Below, one piece after another: positions 59,752-64,000 of a DNA stretch of 64,000 nucleotides. Origin of the DNA: Poseidonia sp. (GTDB taxonomy: Archaea; Thermoplasmatota; Poseidoniia; Poseidoniales; Poseidoniaceae); assembly GCA_030829545.1 (NCBI GenBank), contig JAURAI010000001.1, positions 4,123 to 68,122 on the forward strand, given 5' to 3'. Each line of letters starts with the position of its first letter. Within the stretch, counting starts at the first letter, position 1. A program made the position numbers and the translations under genes. The notes beneath the pieces were generated by a model. The model did not search any database. It had not been told where the DNA came from and saw only the letters and a program-made list of their open reading frames with translations.

Positions 59752-61188
59752 TCACAACTTGACATTGACGTTCTTGACCTTGGTGTAGAAGCGAAGCGCA
59801 TCTTGGCTCTGTTCGATGCCGATGCCTGAATGCTTCCAGCCAGTGAAGGCCGTTTGAGGGAAGGTGATGGGGTATTCGTTGATGGAAACCATTCCGCATT
59901 CCAAATCACGTGCGAAGCGATGTGCACGGCCGAGGTCGTTGGTCCAAACGCCGTTGAGCAGACCGAAGGGTGTGTCGTTGGCGAGAGCAAGTGCTTCTTC
60001 ATCGCTGGAGAAGGAGGTAACGCCCAAGACCGGTCCGAAGAGTTCGTCTTGGAACAGCAGATGTGAAGATTCTACTCCCGTGACGACGGTTGCTTCCATG
60101 AAGGCCCCTTCTCGGTCCAGCGCATGGCCACCGAGGACGACCGTTCCGCCTTGCTTCAGTCCGGCTTCTAACTTTTCAAGGACCTCGCTGCGATGCCGAT
60201 CGTGGACGAGGCTGCCCATACGAACGCCTTCTTCCATTCCAGGTCCTACTGGCCACTTGCTCACTTCATCACAAACGGCCTGAACCAAGTCATCGTGAAT
60301 GTCTTCGTGGACCAGCAGGCGAGATCCTGCCCAGCACATCTGTCCAGCGTTCATGAAGATGCCAAAGCAGATGGCTTTGGCTGCATACCGTAGGTTGGCA
60401 TCGGGAAAAACAATGTTTGCACCCTTTCCACCCAGTTCAAGGGTGACGGGCGTCAACTGTTCACTGGCTTTGGCCATCACTGTTTTCCCAGTTGGCACAC
60501 CACCGGTAAGAACGATGCCGTCGACACCGGTGTGACCTGCAAGCGCATCCCCAGCCAGCGACCCAGAACCGGTCAGCACTTGGAGTACGCCGCTTGGCAA
60601 TCCGGTTTCGGCTTCATCAATGGCTTTGGCCCATGCAAGAAGTGAGAGAGGCGTCCATGATGCAGGTTTAGCAATCACCGTGCATCCTGCTGCGAGGGCG
60701 GGGGCAATCGAGCGAAGAGCCAATTGGAGTGGAAAGTTCCACGGTACGATGTGAGCGGTCACGCCGAGAGGTTGGCGGAGTGTGTAATTCAATCGAGAAC
60801 CTGGAACGGGAATGGTACTCCCCTCAATTTTATCTGAAAGCCCTGCAAAGTATTCGAAGGTCCATGCTCCGTAACGAATTTCTGAAAGGGCTTCTCGGAA
60901 GGTCTTGCCGTTGTTGGCTGATTCCAACGCTGCGAGTTCTTTCGCATGTGCGTAGGTAACTGCCGCCATTTTGTTGAGGATGCGGCCACGCTGGGCGGGG
61001 TCCATGGACTTCCAATCACGGGATTCAAACGCAGTACGTGATGCTTCAACGCAACGGTTGACGTCTTCAACGGTCGCCTTGGGAACGGTAGCAAGAACCT
61101 CACCATTGGCTGGGTTCAGCGCTTCACTCGTTGCACCGTCTGACGAAGCGCACCATTCTCCTGCAATCCACATCTTTTCATCGGCCAT
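59752..61188 (-). CDS. NAD-dependent aldehyde dehydrogenase
   Basis: PWNFP, LELGGK, NAGQMC, ELFGP. Confidence 0.94.
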   Translation of the reverse strand: MADEKMWIAGEWCASSDGATSEALNPANGEVLATVPKATVEDVNRCVEASRTAFESRDWKSMDPAQRGRILNKMAAVTYAHAKELAALESANNGKTFREALSEIRYGAWTFEYFAGLSDKIEGSTIPVPGSRLNYTLRQPLGVTAHIVPWNFPLQLALRSIAPALAAGCTVIAKPASWTPLSLLAWAKAIDEAETGLPSGVLQVLTGSGSLAGDALAGHTGVDGIVLTGGVPTGKTVMAKASEQLTPVTLELGGKGANIVFPDANLRYAAKAICFGIFMNAGQMCWAGSRLLVHEDIHDDLVQAVCDEVSKWPVGPGMEEGVRMGSLVHDRHRSEVLEKLEAGLKQGGTVVLGGHALDREGAFMEATVVTGVESSHLLFQDELFGPVLGVTSFSSDEEALALANDTPFGLLNGVWTNDLGRAHRFARDLECGMVSINEYPITFPQTAFTGWKHSGIGIEQSQDALRFYTKVKNVNVKL

Positions 61189-61307
61189 GAACCTCCGAGG
61201 TATCGGCGATTCAAAGCCGCATCGGTACGAGCACTCCCTTTCCAAGATGCCCGTTTGGGCAGGAGAGGGGCAGAAGCCTCATGTGCTCGTGAGCCTTGGT
61301 CGCGTAC

Positions 61308-61967
61308 ATGACACGGCGAGTCGGCCTTGCTGAATCAACGGCCAAAGCCCTTGTGACGCGTCCCCCTCGCCTCCTCGTGATTGCAGGCGCTACTGGAGTT
61401 GGTAAATCAACTGCCTCGGTAGGCCTTGCTTCACGAGCCGGGTTCACCCGATTGATGTCCACAGATGCTATTCGTGAAATCATGCGGGTCAGCGATCCTG
61501 AACACCTTGACCCGGCTCTTCACCGCTCCTCCTTTTCCAAGGGAGACAGCGGACATCCTGTATTGGACTGGCAAGAAACCTGCCTCTCTGTTGAACCAGG
61601 CCTCTTGGCGACCATTGACCAAGCACGGCGAGAAGGGATTGATTTGCTTGTTGAGGGAGTTCATGTGAACCCGGGTGCGAGATTACTCAGGGCATGGGAA
61701 GATGCCGGTGGTGTTGCGGTGGGTATCGTCATGGCCGTTGTGGAAGAAAAGGCACACCAGTCCATGCTCAAAGCGCGCGATGCGCATTCCTACCGACGTT
61801 CTGACCGCTATTTGGCGAGTTTTGACCGCATTCGTGCTATCCAAGAGGGGCTCATTGAGCGCTCCAAAATCACCGGTTGGTCCGTTGTTGACCCAACACG
61901 TGTCGATGATGTTGAACGAATCTTCACCCTCCTCAACTGGGCCATCAATGAAAAGGCCGAGCAGTGA
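61308..61967 (+). CDS. 2-phosphoglycerate-kinase-family P-loop kinase (possible mevalonate-3-phosphate 5-kinase)
   Basis: GATGVGKST, STDAIREIMR, LHRSSF, EGVH; no ATP-cone. Confidence 0.75.
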   Translation: MTRRVGLAESTAKALVTRPPRLLVIAGATGVGKSTASVGLASRAGFTRLMSTDAIREIMRVSDPEHLDPALHRSSFSKGDSGHPVLDWQETCLSVEPGLLATIDQARREGIDLLVEGVHVNPGARLLRAWEDAGGVAVGIVMAVVEEKAHQSMLKARDAHSYRRSDRYLASFDRIRAIQEGLIERSKITGWSVVDPTRVDDVERIFTLLNWAINEKAEQ

Positions 61968-62405
61968 TTACACGTCGAGAGTGAAATCGACGTCATAGGT
62001 GAGCATGGCTTCACCATCAGATACCCCGAGTTCCGCCGTTACTGAGAGAGTGGTAGCGTCAATTTGCACCAATTCAATGGACGTCAATTTGATTTCAACA
62101 CCTCTGAGTTCACCGTGATGAAGCAAGTCGTCGTGAACAGTTTCGATGGCCAATTCGGCTGCTTCAAAGCCACCGAGGCCACCTTCCATCCAAAGGTCGG
62201 TACGAGCTTGGCTGAGTGGCTCAAGCGAGAGAATGACCTCCTCGGTGGTTACCAGCACATCATCAGAGGCTGCATCGTGTGGAAGGGTCAATCCGGCAAC
62301 TTTGACGCCGAAAATGGCCATTGATAGAAGTGACATGAGCAGCACAACACCGGTGGCAAGGAGCATTTGACCACGGTCGCCTTCAGTGAGCGATGTGCGC
62401 TGCAT
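61968..62405 (-). CDS. Pilin-like protein
   Basis: DRG/QMLL followed by a hydrophobic helix (class III signal-like). Confidence 0.6.
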   Translation of the reverse strand: MQRTSLTEGDRGQMLLATGVVLLMSLLSMAIFGVKVAGLTLPHDAASDDVLVTTEEVILSLEPLSQARTDLWMEGGLGGFEAAELAIETVHDDLLHHGELRGVEIKLTSIELVQIDATTLSVTAELGVSDGEAMLTYDVDFTLDV

Positions 62406-62878
62406 CAAGCACCACCTCCTCGAGCCCATACGTCGAGCGTCACGGTCCAGGCGTGTGCATCGACAACGACGAGATGGTGAACGGCTACTGTGCCTCCTCC
62501 GGGCGTGCCCACTGTTCCGTGAGGGATTGAAACCGAACTGTCCTTAGCAAGCCAGCAATTCGTCTCTTTACCAGGTTCAATTGCTGCTTGGAGCAATTCA
62601 CATGCTCCTTCACGGTCATCATCAGCGAGAAGTTCGACCAAACGATTCTCACCGTTGATCTCGGCTGCAAGGCCCAAGCCATAACGAATGGCATCGTCAC
62701 CTGCCATCTCCAAGGAGGCATCCAATGCAACAGATTGTGAATCTGGAACATGGACTCGTATCAAAAAAGTGGCGGACATAAAGAACAACCAAAACAAGGT
62801 TAACATCTCAAGGATGTGAATCTGGGCATCTTCATCCGAGCGCAGAACATCAACCCCAATACAGCGGCGTTGGCACAA
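62405..62878 (-). CDS. Pilin-like protein (start uncertain)
   Basis: DEDA/QIHILE followed by a hydrophobic helix. Confidence 0.6.
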   Translation of the reverse strand: MCQRRCIGVDVLRSDEDAQIHILEMLTLFWLFFMSATFLIRVHVPDSQSVALDASLEMAGDDAIRYGLGLAAEINGENRLVELLADDDREGACELLQAAIEPGKETNCWLAKDSSVSIPHGTVGTPGGGTVAVHHLVVVDAHAWTVTLDVWARGGGA

Positions 62879-63998
62879 AGGTTCCCGAAGAAGGGTTCAG
62901 ACCGGGCACTTCGGTGATACCGATGAGATCGGGAGAGAAGGCTACGAAATTGAACACGGCCAGGGCCACGACAATCATCATTCCAGCGTGCTTGAAGCCT
63001 GTTGAAAATCGCCCCGTTGCCATGAGGCCGGCCATGGAACCATTACCAAGCGCCTGCATGGTAACCCCGTAGTAGAAAATCGTCAAGAAAAACAGGGGGT
63101 CAATGTTACGGATGGTCATGTTTCCAATCGTTTGCCCACCGCTGTCTCCACCGTCATCACCGCTTGAATTGGAGCCAGCAATAGCAGGAATAAACACCTT
63201 AGCAAGAACGACGATAACACCGAGGAAAACGAAGTAAGAGGTCCAAATAACGGCAATGTAGGAACCAATGGTTCGTTTACGTTCACCTTCTAAGAACTTC
63301 AATTCACGAGAATCGTTGGCCGCAGTCACCAAAATATCTGAAATTTTACCTCCAGCACGGTCCGCTTCAGCAATCAAGGCGATAGCACGTTGGACCAATG
63401 GTGTACCCACACGGTCTGCAAATTGGCGAATAACATCGCTGAATTTCACTCCCCAACTCAACTGGTCTGACATCTTCTTGACTTCGTCATTGAGGGCGCC
63501 ATATTCGGACGTAGCCAGTGTTTGAACAGCCACCGTCATCGAAAGACCACCCTTCCAGTATTCTGCGAGGTCACGCAAGAAATCAGGGAATTTTTCCTCG
63601 ACTTCGTTCTTCTTATCCTCGACTTTCTCCCAATAATAGGAGGCTGGATAGATGAAGAAGAGGAAGGTAAGACCGAAGAAATTCAAAAATATCGTGGGGT
63701 GAATCTTGACAGGTCCGATATCCAAGGCAGGTCCAAGCCACAATGATTTATTGTTCATGTTTGTTGGAATGCCATCAAAATAATGCACAGTCATATCGAA
63801 GGTAACCGTTGAAAGGAATTCACTGTCATCGGTTGTCATCACGACCAATTCGTAACGGGTATCCGGTTCAATCGTCACCATTTCCAAACCACAATCACCC
63901 TGATTGGCCGTACCATTTTCGTACTCAAGGATGTCTCCGTATGGCGAGCGAACTGCGACGGTATAGTCGTAATCCGAAGAGGCTTCGACCGAACAATT
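62850..63998 (-). CDS. T2SS-F/TadC/ArlJ-family pilus platform protein (5'-partial)
   Basis: FPDFLRDLAE..GG, YGAL, GG.ISDIL; frame open to the window edge. Confidence 0.88.
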   Translation of the reverse strand, partial: NCSVEASSDYDYTVAVRSPYGDILEYENGTANQGDCGLEMVTIEPDTRYELVVMTTDDSEFLSTVTFDMTVHYFDGIPTNMNNKSLWLGPALDIGPVKIHPTIFLNFFGLTFLFFIYPASYYWEKVEDKKNEVEEKFPDFLRDLAEYWKGGLSMTVAVQTLATSEYGALNDEVKKMSDQLSWGVKFSDVIRQFADRVGTPLVQRAIALIAEADRAGGKISDILVTAANDSRELKFLEGERKRTIGSYIAVIWTSYFVFLGVIVVLAKVFIPAIAGSNSSGDDGGDSGGQTIGNMTIRNIDPLFFLTIFYYGVTMQALGNGSMAGLMATGRFSTGFKHAGMMIVVALAVFNFVAFSPDLIGITEVPGLNPSSGTFVPTPLYWG

Positions 63999-64000
63999 GA

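Noticed and set aside
1-64000. Numerous 60-310 aa overlapping ORFs in the track (e.g. 713-1420, 5681-6622, 10702-11460)
   Set aside because: Shadow frames of well-supported genes, without motifs

Overview
Gene-dense archaeal chromosome segment, most consistent with Marine Group II Euryarchaeota (Ca. Poseidoniales, Thermoplasmatota). This is inferred from CarS, Cdc6/Orc1, a fused archaeal CoaD-DPCK, a giant membrane-anchored S8 protease with TSP3 repeats and many bacterial-type metabolic genes. Four main results: (1) a compact fabI-PKS-PPTase operon encoding a 2934-aa PfaA-like iterative type I synthase (KS-AT-KS-ACPx3-KR-DH) with two apparently intact KS domains and Thr instead of Ser at the phosphopantetheine site of all three ACPs; (2) an unannotated ~200-nt three-hairpin H/ACA guide RNA, with a possible upstream C/D unit, whose pockets match 23S rRNA functional sites recalled from memory; (3) a strongly degenerate TBP paralog; (4) a scattered benzoyl-CoA epoxidase (Box)-like pathway with a single-domain BoxC-like enzyme and no BoxA in the window. 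Also present are tRNA-Gly(TCC), a gene interrupted by an in-frame TGA and the end of a pilus/Tad locus. No CRISPR array or mobile element was seen. All family calls come from motif recognition without database searches, so novelty is unverified.
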